Shown: positions 50,365 through 62,802 of the stretch, piece by piece
Layout: each line of letters opens with the position of its first letter
Position numbering within the stretch: position 1 is the stretch's first letter
NCBI GenBank assembly: GCA_977016875.1
Contig: CDRNST010000143.1
Coordinates: forward strand, 1,922,001-1,986,000
DNA: 64,000 nucleotides
From: Pavona decussata
Lineage: Eukaryota
Reading direction: 5' to 3'
Notes under the pieces: model-generated
The model's input: the letters and a program-made list of their open reading frames with translations, nothing else
What the model was told of the DNA's origin: nothing
The model's database searches: none
Made by a program: the position numbers and the translations under genes

Positions 50365-50770
50365 CTTTTTAAGCCTAGTGAACAAATGAGAATGATGTAT
50401 CATTCAGTAATGACACTCGGTGCAGCACTCGGAATTTCTTTTTCCGAGTGCTCCCATCAGGAGTTGAACCTAAGACCTTCCGATTACTAGTTCGGATGCT
50501 CTACCACTGAGCTACAGGAGACTCTTGGAAGCTAAGGCCATTAAACCAGCTTCGATTCATGGGCGAAAATCCTGCATACTGCAACGATTGGAATGTCAAT
50601 GAGTGGCATATGCGCAATGAAAGGAAATGTGATGTAATATTTTTTAACCCTGGTGAACAAATGAGAATAATTTATTACTCAGTAATAACACAGGCAAACT
50701 CAGAAAAAGAAATTCCGAGTGCTCCGATCAGGAGTCGAATCTAAGACCTTCCGATTACTAGTTCGGATGC
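50365..50770 (-). mobile_element. Tandem tRNA-derived repeat/SINE (~275-bp unit, 1.5 copies) with a tRNA-Thr(AGT)-like head
   Basis: Minus strand GTAGCTCAGTGGTAGAGCATCCGAACTAGTAATCGGAAGGTCTTAGGTTCAACTCC (A and B boxes), with no acceptor stem. 50365-50500 is repeated at 50640-50770. Confidence 0.75.
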
Positions 50771-51328
50771 AATTGAAAAAGAAAATTTCGTTAAGAACGA
50801 TCTGATAAAGAGTGATGCATACAGTCATTGACCCGGTAGCAATGAGCAGGATTCAGCAATCCGACAGCAACGGTATGAACATTTTTCCCGTCGTTCACCC
50901 TCCAATGTTAATGTTTCTTTCTCAAATTTCTTATTGCTACGTTTTTGTGTTCGTTTTCTATGTTGTAAAGTTAGCTATTTTACTCATACCTATTGCCAAG
51001 TCGCATTTTCAAATTGTAGCGGTTTTTTTTTTGTTAATTTAGCCTAAATTTTTATGGTATCTCATTTGCACCCCCCCGCCCCCTCCCTCTGTTTTGAACT
51101 GTGTGACGATAGGGTCAGTTTCTAAAATATCCTGAAGAAGAAAGGTCGTGCCTTTCGAAATATTGGAAGGGAAAAATATATTTCCCTGACCGTTAAATCA
51201 GCCTTGCCCTTTTTTGCAATATTAAATCAATAGACTATTCTTTCTCTTCTATTGCATTTTTTGGACTATCCCAGAAGGAAAGTTTAAGATTTGACACCCT
51301 TTTTTGACAGTGTTCTCTCTACCTTTGT

Positions 51329-51765
51329 AACTTAGCTGTAAAATCAAACACGTTTTGACACACCACTGATATTATTTCTAAGCCTGGTAAACAGCTCCAG
51401 CCTAAATTCTCAAGCCGGAGGATTGAAAATGAAGAGAACTTTCAAGATCGAGGAAAAACCAGCAATTGCAGTGTCAACAAGCAAAACATTTTGTATAGAT
51501 TTCCAGCTGAGAACCTGGCTACGAGGAAACACTTCTCGCCGCGGCAAACTTCCGAAATTCTCTTTATCCGGGACCTAAGCTAAACACTCAATCTGACTTG
51601 ATTCGCACGAAAATACTTACTCATGATAAAAAACAAAAGATTCTAAAAATAGTTAATGCACACTTAAACTGTTTTTCTCTACACTTAACTACCGCTCGCT
51701 AAACTACCTTTTTGTATTTTTAGAACTTGAAAATGATATCATGAGAACTTCGCCGAAAACGTTCA
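51329..51765 (+). mobile_element. Degenerate Penelope-like retroelement 3' fragment (GIY-YIG region) upstream of paralog 2
   Basis: Broken frames give QPKFSSRRIENE, VNKQNILYRF and EILFIRD..KLNTQSDLIRTKIL, matching the Penelope GIY-YIG C-terminal pattern as recalled. Confidence 0.65.
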
Positions 51766-52084
51766 ATGTCTACAAAGAAAGTGATAAATATCTCTTAGCT
51801 TTTTCATCTGAAATTTGCTTGTGTGGATTAGGCTTGAAGTTCTGAACGTGATGGAAGGACAGGTCCAGATGCTTCTAACCACTCAGGAATATTGACCCAA
51901 GGCGAAAGAGTGTATTAAATGGCATAGAACAGCTGGATTTGGCATGAGTAAACTGCAAATTCGACTCTTGTCATTATTGTTCTTTCTGGACTTAGAATGC
52001 GAAACACCCTGTTAGGTGGTTAGTTTTCTCTACTAGCCTTTGGAGTGTTGCTGGTACATGCAGGTGCCGAACAGTCAACTCACA

Positions 52085-55000
52085 ATGCACAGTTTTGCAG
52101 TCCTTGTTCTCAGCTCCTGTCTCGCTCTAAGCTTCTGCTCTTCATCTAACTCGTCGAGCCATCATACAGACGTTGCACAAGGAAACAAAACTTGTCAAGA
52201 GGTGAGTGCATGATTCAAGCAATAGTTTGCGGTTCACCTAACCACGTACCACCGCCTAGAAGAAGAAAATCTTTGTCCACGATTATACGTTAACTCTTGA
52301 TATAATGTGAGGAAAAAATCGGATCAGTATAATATGCACTTTCTTTGGGTAAAATAGGTTATTAACTTATTGGAGAAAGACAGTCATACTTACTGATACA
52401 GGCATACCGATATTCATTATGTTTGGCAGCCCTTTTCTGAATGATCTGGGAGACAGTTTTCTGAATGTTTCTTTTTGGGAGAATGTATCAGTTTTCTGAA
52501 CGTATCTTTTGGGAGACAGTTCTCTGGATGTATGTTTTAGGCGGCAGTTCTCTGAATTTATCTTTTAAGAGACAGTTTTCTGAAAGTATCTTTTGGGAGA
52601 CAGTTTTCTGAATGTATCTTCTGAGAGACAGTTTTCTGAATGCATCTTTTGGGAGACAGTTTTTTGGATGTATCTTTTGGGAGACAGTTTTCTGAAAGAA
52701 TGTTTTAGGCGACAGTTTTCTTAACGTATCTTTTACGACACAGTTTTCTGGGTGTATGTTTTGGGCGGCAGTTTTCTAAATGTATTATTTGGGAGACAGT
52801 TTAATGGATGTATCTTTTGGGAGACAGTTTTTTTGAATCTATCTTTTGGGAGACAGTTTTCTGGATGTATCGTTTGGGAGATAGTTTTCTGGATGTATTA
52901 TTTGGAAGACGGTTTTCTGGATGTGTCTTTTGGGAGACAGGTTTTTGCAGTTTTCTGGGTGTATCATTCGGGAGAAATTTTTCTGAATGTATGTTTTGGG
53001 AGAGAGTTTTCTGAATGTATTTTTTAGGAGACAGTTTTATGGATGTATGTTTTAGGCGGCAGTTTTTTGAATGTATCTTTTGGGAGACAGTTTTATGGAT
53101 GTATGTTTTAGGGGACAGTGTTTTGAATGTATGTTTTGGGAGACAGTTTTATGGATGTATGTTTTAGGCGGTAGTTTTTTGAATGTATGTTTTGGGAGAC
53201 AGTTTTATGGATGTATGTTTTAGGCGGTAGTTTTTTGAATGTATCTTTTGGGAGACAGTTTTATGGATGTATGTTTTAGGCGGCAGTTTTTGAATGTATG
53301 TTTTGGGATACAGTTTTATGGATGTATGTTTTAGGCGGCAGTTTTATGGATGTATGTTTTAGGCGGCAGTTTTTGAATGTATCTTTTGGGAGACAATTTT
53401 CTGGATGTATGTTTTAGGCGGCAGTTTTTGAATGCATCTTTTGGGAGACAGTTTTCTGGATGTATGTTTTAGGTGGCAGTTTACTGAATGTATGTTTTAA
53501 GTGGCAGTTTTTGAATGTATGTTTTAGGCGGCAGTTTTATGGATATATGTTTTAAGCGGCAGTTTTCTGGATGTATGTTTTAGGCGGCAGTTTTTCAATG
53601 TATGTTTTGGGAGACAGTTTTCTGGATGTGTCTTTGAGGCGGCAGTTTTGAATGTATGTTTTGGGAGACAGTTTTCTGGATGTATGTTTTAGGCGGCAGT
53701 TTTTGAATGTATGTTTTGGGAGACAGTTTTCTAGATATATGTTTTAGGCGGCAGTTTTTGAATGTATGTTTTGGGAGACAGTTTTCTGGATGTATGTTTT
53801 ATGCGGCAGTTTTTGAATGTATGTTTTGGGAGACAGTTTTCTGGATATATGTTTTAGGCGGCAATTTTCTGGATGACTTATCTGTTTTAGGCGGTAGTTT
53901 CCTGGGTGTATGTTTTAGGCGGCAGTCTTATGGATGTTTGTTTTAGGCGGCAGTTTTCTGAATGTGTGTTTTAGGCGGCAGTTTTCTGGATGTATGTTTT
54001 GGGCGGCAGTTTTATGGATGTTTCTTTTGGGAGACAGTTTTCTGAATGTATCTTTTGGGAGGCAGTTTTCTGGATGTGACTTTTGGGAGACAGTTTTGTG
54101 AGTGTGTATTTTGAGAGAAAGTTTTCTGGATGTATGTTTTGGGAGACAGTTTTCTGAATGTATCTTTTGGTAGACAGTTTTTTGAATGTATCTTTTGGGA
54201 GACAGTTTTCTGGATGTATCTTGTAGGAGACAGTTTTGTGAATGTATCTTTTGGGAGACAGTTTTCTGGATGTATGTTTTAGGCGGCAGTTTTATGGATG
54301 TTTCTTTTGGGAGACAGTTTTCTGAATGTATCTTTTGGGAGGCAGTCTTCTGGATGTGACTTTTGGGAGACAGTTTTGTGAGTGTGTATTTTGAGAGAAA
54401 GTTTTCTGGATGTATGTTTTGGAAGACAGTTTTCTGGATGTATGTTTTGGGAGACAGTTTTGTGAATGTATCTTTTGGGAGACAGTTTTCTGGATGCATG
54501 TTTTGGGCAGCCGTTTTTTGAAGATTTGTCTTTTGGGGCAGTTTTCTGGATGTATCCTTTAGGAGGCAGTGTTTTGAATGTATGTTATAGGTAGCAGTTT
54601 TCTATATTGATGTTTTTGGCGGCAGTTTTCTGAATGTATCTTTTGGAAGACAGTTCTCTGCATGTATCTTTTGGGAGACAGTTTTCTGGATGTATGTTTT
54701 GGGCAGCCGTTTTTTGAATATATGTCTTTTGGGGAAGTTTTTTGGATGTATCCTTTAGGGGGCAATGTTTTGAATGTATGTTAAAGGTAGCAGTTTTCTA
54801 TATTGATGTTTTTGGCGGCTTTTTTTCTGAATGTATCTTTTGGGAGTCTGATTTTTGGATGTGTCTTTTGGGAGGCAGTTTTCTGAATGTATCTTTTGGT
54901 AGATAGTTTTCTGAATGTATCTTTCGGGAGACAGTTTTCCAAATTTATCTTTTGGGAGACAGTTTTCTGGATGTCTCGTTCGGAAGACAGTTTTCTGTAT

Positions 55001-58000
55001 GTATATTTTGGGAGACAGTTCTGGAGGTATCTTTTGAGAGTTAGGTTTCTGAATGTATCTTTTGGGAGACAGTTGGGAGACGCTTTTCTGAATGTATCTT
55101 TCGGGAAACAGTTTTCTGAATGTATCTTTTGGGAGACAGTTTTTTGGATGTATCTTTTGGGAGACGGTTTTCTGGATGTATCTTTTGGGAGACAGTTTTG
55201 TGAATGTATCTTTTTGGAGACAGTTTTCTGGATGTATCGTTTGGGAGACGGTTTTCTGGATGTGTCTTTTGGGAGACAGTTTTTTTGCAGTTTTCTGGGT
55301 GTATCCTTCGTGAGACATTTTTCTGAATGTATGTTTTGGAAAGGTGTTCATTATTTATGGGGAGGGGGGGGCTGGCAAATGGGGAAACGGAACGCTTGGA
55401 ACTTTTTGCACCCCCCTCAATGATGAAGGATAACTTTTGTTGCCCCCCCCCCCCAGCTAGAAAATGTAAACGTTTTTGACCCCCCCCCCCCCCCCCAATG
55501 ATGCATTTATTATCAGACCATACTCTCATCCTCCACTTCTTGCTTTAATCACCTGCTTTTTGCTTGCTTCACTAGCAGTAGAAGAAACTATTACGTATGT
55601 TAATGTACAGGTTCAAGTGATACAGAGTGTAATCACTAGTCTGGAAAATACCACAAGGCAGCTAAAGAGGGTGTTTGTGCAACTGGCAAACACTAAAAAA
55701 AAGTGGAGTGAGTAGGAGGCGGAAAGAGGCAAAGAGAAAGGCAAAACAGAGGAAAGAAAAGAGAAAAAGACTGTGCCAAGCTGCAGTTGTGGAGCCCTTG
55801 ACTGGGCAAAGTGCAGAAGAAGTTATATTGCCACTGTCAGATGACATGATCTGCCTGCTAAACACTCACAGCCTTCACCCAACCGTTCTAGTGAAAGGCC
55901 TAGATCAACTTATTTCTGAGGGTGGCCTATCTGTTGATGCATCCAGTGAAATCGAAACATATCTAACTAGCAAATCCATTGAATGGAAACCATTTGCTGT
56001 GTAAACTATTGGTGTGACATTATGGTTTGATTTACTGTGGTATAAGTACATTAAATGTCATGCGGTTCTGGAGGAATTTAAAAAAACCCAAAACTAATGA
56101 TATCAACCTTCAAACTTTTTTGTCCCCCCCCCCCTCTTCCCCAGATCCAGAGCAAAACCTTTCTGACCCCCCCTAAATAGGGGAGTAAACTTTGCTTGCC
56201 CCCCCCTCCCATTTGCCAGCCCCCCCCCCCCCCCCTCCCAATAAATAATGAACACTCCCTTAGTGCGGCCGTTTTTTTAACGTATCTTTTTAAAGGCAAT
56301 TTTCTGAATGTATCCTTTGGGAGGAATTTTTCTGAATGTATGATTCGGGAAGCAATTTTCTGAATGTATCTTGCTGGAGGTAGGTTTCTCAATGAATCTT
56401 TTGGAAGGCATTTTTCAGATTGTATGGTTTGGGAGGCAGTTTCTCAATGTATCTTCCAGGAGGCGTTTGGTAAAGTAACAAATTGGCACGATATTGCCAG
56501 AGAGGAATTCCACGGAGACTTTCCTTATACCTTATTATGTTTTGTTGTTTATTCTAGTACTTGACGTATGAAGAATGTGAGCGGCAAGCAGCTGCTCTGA
56601 GCGGACAATGTCGCAAGTCTAACAGCTCAAGTCCAACCGCTGACAAGATTTGTGCCGAATTCGAAAGAAATTTGAACAAAATCTGTGTCGCTTACTATGC
56701 AAACGGTACGTGGTCAGGAAATCTGTATAAATTTGCAAGACAGTGTTAGGTCTAAGAAGTCGTAAAGGGTAATACTTTTGTACTTGGACTGGTGCAAGGA
56801 TTCCGGATCATGACTTTTGTGAACCAAAATATGTCAATTCACGTACCTGTCAGTCAGAACAGGGGACGGTCCGATAAGTATTTTTATTTTTTAAGTCCGT
56901 TCTCTATCGCGATTTGAGATAATTTTAAGTATAATTTCTGTTATTTGTTCATATCAGTAACGAAAAAGATTTTAATATGAAGCTTTCAGAATCGTGGAAT
57001 TTTGAAAAGCTATGGCCTAGTTAAAATCCATAACCGTATTACACCTAATGAATGTATGTTTCTGTGCGTTAAATTGAGCCGATTAAAAAAACAAAAACAA
57101 CAACAAAGCACATACACACACAAAACCCAGGATAGTGGATAGGATTTGGGCCAAGATGTGTCTGCAAGAATACTGAGCTCTCATGAAATGAATATTCTGT
57201 CTTCTGTGCCGGGGTCTGCAAATTCTGTTACGAGATTAATATAGCTCGCTGTCTGCATAGTACAAACTTAATGTCTCATGTTACTTTTGTTCATGATCTC
57301 CTTTTTAGCATCTTGTCTGGAGTGTTTCGACAGAATGGAAAATGTCGTGGAAAGCTGTAAAAACTTTGCTAAGTTAGTCAACTGTGAACTCAATACCACG
57401 GTGAAGGAATGCGAGGAAACAAAAAATGCACTTACCAAGTACTGTAGCAGTAACCAGTGCCAAGGTGATTATAAACCTCTAGTACCCTTAATAGTTACAC
57501 TGAAAGTTTCAGCTTACAGTTGTGTGACTGTATTTGGCTGGGGGAATATATACCTTCCCAATTTTTCCCATTGGGCTTCCGCGTCAGATGGCGCACACGG
57601 CTAGTTTAGCCTGAATGACTTTTTTAAGGATTCTTTCCATGCATAGTATTGTTTAGTTACCATATTGAATGATGTAACGATATTTGGACGGCACTAAACA
57701 CTCAGGTTCATAGTTCGAGCTGCACAACGATTCCCTTCTAGATGTCGTGAATATAAATTGGAAATATGCTTGTATTTTCCAGTGTGTAAAGATCTTTACT
57801 GCCGAAACGGAGGGAAGTGTGCCGGAGCCTCTTCTGGTTGGTGTAACTGCCCACCAGGGTACGGTGGAGCCTTCTGTCAAAGACGTGAGTAAACTATAAT
57901 TTCTTGAGTCATCTCAAGATGGCCCCCTAAAATAGTATATATCTACACTTGCAAACTAGTTACACTAAAGTGACCTTCCTGGGGACGCCTTATTTTCTTG

Positions 58001-59720
58001 TCTCGCGGTTTTTTGTTACGAAATTTCACAAGTGAGATACTTCCAATTGACCATCCGTTGTTTTTTGTATCGCAGGTATTTCCAATATCAGGCGCTTTGT
58101 TCCTTTTACTTTTAGGATTATCATACTAGGCCATTGTCATGAAAAAAAGTGTAAATTGTTTTGGCAATATTTCTGATTCATGCTTTGTTATCTCAAGCTT
58201 TCATCTGGGACTTTTTAAACCTCCATACCTTGTGAAAATAGCTTAGAGTATTGTGGGGTTGCTTAGTAGGTATTTCTAATATAACGTGATCTGTTCCTTT
58301 TACCTGTATACTGGGTTGCTCAGACAGTTTTTATCCCAAATTGGTTGTCTAATGTGTTATTTACAACACAAATTGAAAACAAGATGAAACGCGAGAAACA
58401 CGCTGTTAATTTAAGTGTTTTAGTTCCATGTATTGGCGCCACACAAAATTGAAATAGAGTGACATCATTCTCGACTCTCGAGAGCCTTTCGACTTGAATC
58501 CATCAGTCAGGCACAAAGGAAAGAGCTCTGAAAGAACTTTAGTCCAGAATGGCCCATGATTTCCTTTGAGCGTGCGCAGACTGCTAAGGAGTTTGTGATC
58601 AACGCCCGTGTGATTATACAAGTCATGATAAGAAGCCACCTTACAAAAAGTGAAGACTAAATTTCAAGCCATTAAGCCAAGTTTTGGCAATGAAGCAAGT
58701 AAGCACACTTTGTTTCGTAGCTCTCGAGGTTATAAAGGGTGACTAATTTCTGCGCGTCTGTCCTGATTAAATTTTCACGTCACATTGAAATATTTTGTTT
58801 TTTATTTGTTTAAAGATAAATGCACAAAAACTTCCTGTAAAAATGGAGGCACCTGTATTGGCGAAAACAGATGCAAGTGTCCACCCCGTTATTCTGGCCC
58901 CAACTGCTCTGTCATAAAAAGCAAACTGGGAACCAAAGACAACCCGGCTACAAATGCACAGGCGATCCTCAACGCCGGGGATAGTCAGGGCAGCGGCATG
59001 TATTGGATCCAGCCCCCTGGAGAAGCAGCACCGGCTAAAACGTACTGTGACATGAGCTTTGCTGGCGGAGCATGGATGCTAGCTAGTTATGGCTACGTTT
59101 ACGCATCGGACTTTAATGCTAATAACAAGGCGATACCTAATATGAATAATCCTCTCGGTTACAACTGGTCCCCCACCAATCGCAACTCCGCCAATGGTCT
59201 CATTAACCTCCCGCATGGCGCAGTTAAAATGGCCAACAATGCCCATTATATGATCATGGCTGCAGGCAACAACCCCGCCACAGGGGGAATTGATAAATAT
59301 GCTTATGTGTATCGTATTTCCCTAAAAAACAAACCTTACAACATCACCTTTACAAATCATAACCGCCTTAATGGCGGACAGCCGGGTCGTATGCACGTCG
59401 TTAACTTCATTGTCGAAGCATTAAAAGGAGAGAGTGGGACATTTTCAAGGTATACCTTGGGAGAGTCCCTGGGGGTGACATGGTCCGACACTTTCCCTAC
59501 TGGTTACGGGTTTAATGAACGGAATGCTCATTATACGGGCTTTGACAAGGGTCCTTTTTTCCCAAGTGTCCATTCGGGGTCTGGTGGAGGATATCCTGGC
59601 TGCACCGCTACAAATTATGTGCCCGATGTGCCAGGTGGGTGCCCTAACTACACTCACCGCGGATGGTACACTGCCAACAGCTATGGGAAAACTGGGCAAA
59701 CCTCCATTTGGTTCAAATAA
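52085..59720 (+). CDS. Secreted protein paralog 2 (475 aa), same architecture as paralog 1
   Basis: Exons 52085-52201, 56558-56705, 57309-57464, 57783-57884, 58816-59720. GT-AG, phases 0,1,1,1, 1428 nt open. Signal peptide MHSFAVLVLSSCLALSFCS. C-terminus GKTGQTSIWFK identical to paralog 1. Confidence 0.9.
52437..55340 (+). repeat. 28-bp minisatellite (consensus GGGAGACAGTTTTCTG(A/G)ATGTAT(C/G)TTTT), ~100 copies, in intron 1 of paralog 2
   Basis: Unit starts at 52511, 52539, 52567, 52595 and so on. Variant AGGCGGCAG units. Degenerate continuation at 56261-56470. Confidence 0.95.
55341..56260. mobile_element. TIR element (PIF/Harbinger-like MITE) inserted into the minisatellite
   Basis: Left gtgttcattatttatggggaggggggggctggcaaatggg and right cccatttgccagccc...ctcccaataaataatgaacactccct are inverted. 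The satellite resumes after 56260. Confidence 0.8.
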
Positions 59721-60098
59721 GGGGGCATTTTTCCAGAGGTGCAACTAAGTGTTTGAAAAAAGGGTTTGTAGCAGAAGCATATATATCTTCTAGTCAGTGT
59801 TTATCGTTTAATTGGACGAGACTGCATTGTATAACTTTTAGGTAAGGTGAGTGGTTTGCTTTCAGTAATGCACCGACGTTATCGGGTCAAACATTGAGGG
59901 ATTTCTAATAATTAAGACAGGGATAAATTACTAAGTATAAGCACAAAGCAGTTGCTTTTTTGTCAGAAGCCATGAATTGTAATCTGCGATTAAAGAGAAT
60001 AAATGTGCTGTTTTAATGTACCGCCGATATAATCGAATGCCGAATGAATTTTAAAAAAACAAACTTGATTTATCTCGAAAAGGAAACGAGAAAGATGT

Positions 60099-60211
60099 AA
60101 TAGGACATTTTCGAGTTGCTTTGCGGAACCTCACTATTCATCATTCATATGCAAATAAAACTAATTTGCTCTTTCATAATGAGGTTCACAGCAACTCAGA
60201 AATGGTCTATT
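60099..60211. mobile_element. Short MITE
   Basis: TIRs aataggacattttcgagttgct...agcaactcagaaatggtctatt. Confidence 0.7.
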
Positions 60212-61670
60212 TTCATCGCGCCAAGTCGTCCTGTTGGGACAGATTTTTTCTTTGCCACGCTCTCAACAAATCATTTGTGTCACCATTTTTCTATATTCCT
60301 CACGCCGTTGGACACTTTCGACATTGCTGATTCTAGGAGTACACAGGACTCATGGCCATTTCAGTACTGGGTAACGGACATGATATAACTAGTAATAATC
60401 GTAGATTAGAGAGTGCGTTCGATGTCATCAGGCTCTTAAGCCCAGGCCAATCTCGATCCCAGGTTCTCTCTCTCTCTTTGTGATGTCAGACGCCCCTGCA
60501 AAATAATCTGCGAGGGATGTCAGATGTGCGTCCCAAGATCCATCGACCCATCCATGACAAGTCCTATAAAATCTCGACTCAAATCCGTATTAGGAAGCGT
60601 TCTTCCGTACGTCGAACGCAACGAGAGCCCAGTAACCAAGTGGTAGAGCATTCGGCAGTTGTCAGTATAGACCATAAGTACGATTCCCGTTAGCCAATCA
60701 CATTTCTTCTTTGCCCTTGCTCCGTTACTCGTAACAAGATGAAAATTAGAAAAAAAAAAAAAAAAAAAAGATGAAAATTAGACAAATCTTTTATTATTTA
60801 AATTATCGATTTGGTGAAAAAGTCGTTAACTTATTAATTGAATCGATCAATTAAGTTTAAAGTTGTTTTAAACGGGACAAACAGCGTTCGTAACAGTTAA
60901 AAAGCTTAAGAAATCGGTAAGCGCAATTGCCGCCCGATTCTACTAAATTAACTAGTGATACAAGTTGTCGCTAAAAGAGTGAGAGTAAGTGGATTCCAAA
61001 TAGAAGACAAAAGAGAATAGAGAATAGCCTGTAGACTGCCTGTCATTAGACAGAGTAATGCTCACGATAAGAAATCTTCCAAAAAAGGAAAAAGGAAGAA
61101 AAATGCTGGAGATGCTGACATTGAGAAAACCAAAAACAAAGAAAGAAACATAACAGTGGGATCGGGGATAAAATCTTCGGCTCGGCAGCTGCGCATATTT
61201 TAATTTATTTTATTTTAACAGTCGATGGGCCTTGTTGGCTGACTCGTTTTAAAGATTTTAGATGCAGCGCACAAGGCCCATGGACTGTTAGCGGCGATAT
61301 CCAAATGGATCTTTTGCACAAGATGGAGGCCATCTTGAATTGCGATGTATCAGTAGAATCACATTAATCTCTGTGGGGCGCCCATGAAGCAAAGCCTGTA
61401 TCAGACAGAGAGTTTTTGGGTGGGATTCTGTGAATTTCTTGTTGAGAGTCCAAAAATATGGCACTTTTTGTAAAATTAGTAGATGAAACAAAAGCCACTC
61501 TCCATTGAGCATGTCCTTTCCGTGGTCAACTCTCATTTTGGTTACTCTGGTTTCTGCAAGAAAATTGGAGAGTTTTTTGGTCAAAAAGTAAGTAATTTAG
61601 TCTGCACTGCGGAATTCTGTGTGCTAAACCCAAGATGGCTTTGCCAATAAACATTCTGTCCCTAACAGAT

Positions 61671-61793
61671 CTGGGCCCAGTTGCTGGAAGCATGGTTAGC
61701 GCTAACCCGGGTAAAATACCATGACAACCTATAGGTTTTAATACCTCTCAACCAATGGTTAGCACTAACCATGCTTCGAGCAGCTCAGCCCTG
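61671..61793. mobile_element. Palindromic MITE
   Basis: ctgggcccagttgctggaagcatggttagcgctaacc...ggttagcactaaccatgcttcgagcagctcagccctg, with AT on both flanks. Confidence 0.75.
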
Positions 61794-62026
61794 ATGAATA
61801 GGGATATTGTAAGGTAGTAGCAGGGTAACTCATTCACGGAGCTAAATTCTCAAAAAAGCACAGCCTACACTCAGTTAAATTTGAAACTCGTGTAGCAGCC
61901 GATTCATCATTAATCTAGACTTGAAGAATGTTTAATACACGATTTGTAACCTTTGTGATTTAGGACCTTTTGCAGCGATTTCTAATAATTTCTAATTATA
62001 AATGAGTTTGGCTATTTTGAACTTCA

Positions 62027-62411
62027 AGGAGCACTGTCATGGAGATTTTGCTGCATTTTGACCAAAACTACTCAAATATTTATCGTAGAACTTTTTTTCT
62101 AACATGAAATTGTTCATAGAGCACCGGGAGGAAAATATCAACTGATTTCTTCGATGACGAACAAACTATAAACCTATTTTCAGCAATTTCTCCAAAATAC
62201 ACAGGAAGAACGTGAAAAAACTGGCCAATTTTTTCAAGTTGTAATCCATTTCCATCCAAGCCATCCTCAGCAAGAGATAACAAATACTAGCTTATCTTTA
62301 CTTGTAGGGCAATTGTTAACAATACTGAACCACTATTTTAACATTTCTTATCGATACAAATATGTTTTTACGCTATTCAAAGGCACGCTAAAAGTTGGTG
62401 ACACTGCCCCT
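62027..62411. mobile_element. Kolobok-like MITE
   Basis: ttca|AGGAGCACTGTCAT...GTGACACTGCCCCT|ttaa. Confidence 0.65.
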
Positions 62412-62802
62412 TTAATAAAGTGTAAAATACAGAAGCACCAGGGGCAAAAAATACCGCAATTCTCATCCCTTGAGCCCGCACGTATTTTAAAATTGTTCCA
62501 ACCGAAGACCAAAAGATCGTAGGCTCTGGGAACGAGGATGAAAATTACCCCGTACTCTAATAACGCCGTGCGCATGTTCGTTATGGTACTATACGAACTC
62601 GTCAATAAAATCTTATTCTCTAAATAATTAGAAAATGTTAAAGAAATTTTTAGCAATTACTTGGAGTTTAATCATAAGCTGTAGACCAAGAAATTAGAAA
62701 TGTGCTATACTCGTTTCCTTTGTATATGACAGTGTATTTGCCAAAGAGGCTTTTCTTTCCAGAAAAGACATGCGTTTAAAAAGTTTGTCATATCTCCTTA
62801 TT

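Noticed and set aside
50445-50520. Functional tRNA-Thr gene
   Set aside because: A and B boxes are present, but the anticodon arm is irregular, there is no acceptor stem, and it sits in a tandem repeat, so it is a SINE-type head. The same applies to 3140-3196.
52437-55340. CRISPR-like appearance of the 28-bp repeats
   Set aside because: The units are directly adjacent with no unique spacers, the context is a eukaryotic intron, and there are no cas genes.
52752-55529. Several 70-198 aa ORFs on both strands (PKRYIQKTVSQ / FWETVF repeats)
   Set aside because: They are translations of the 28-bp intronic minisatellite. The unit is not a multiple of 3 and the ORFs occur in several frames.
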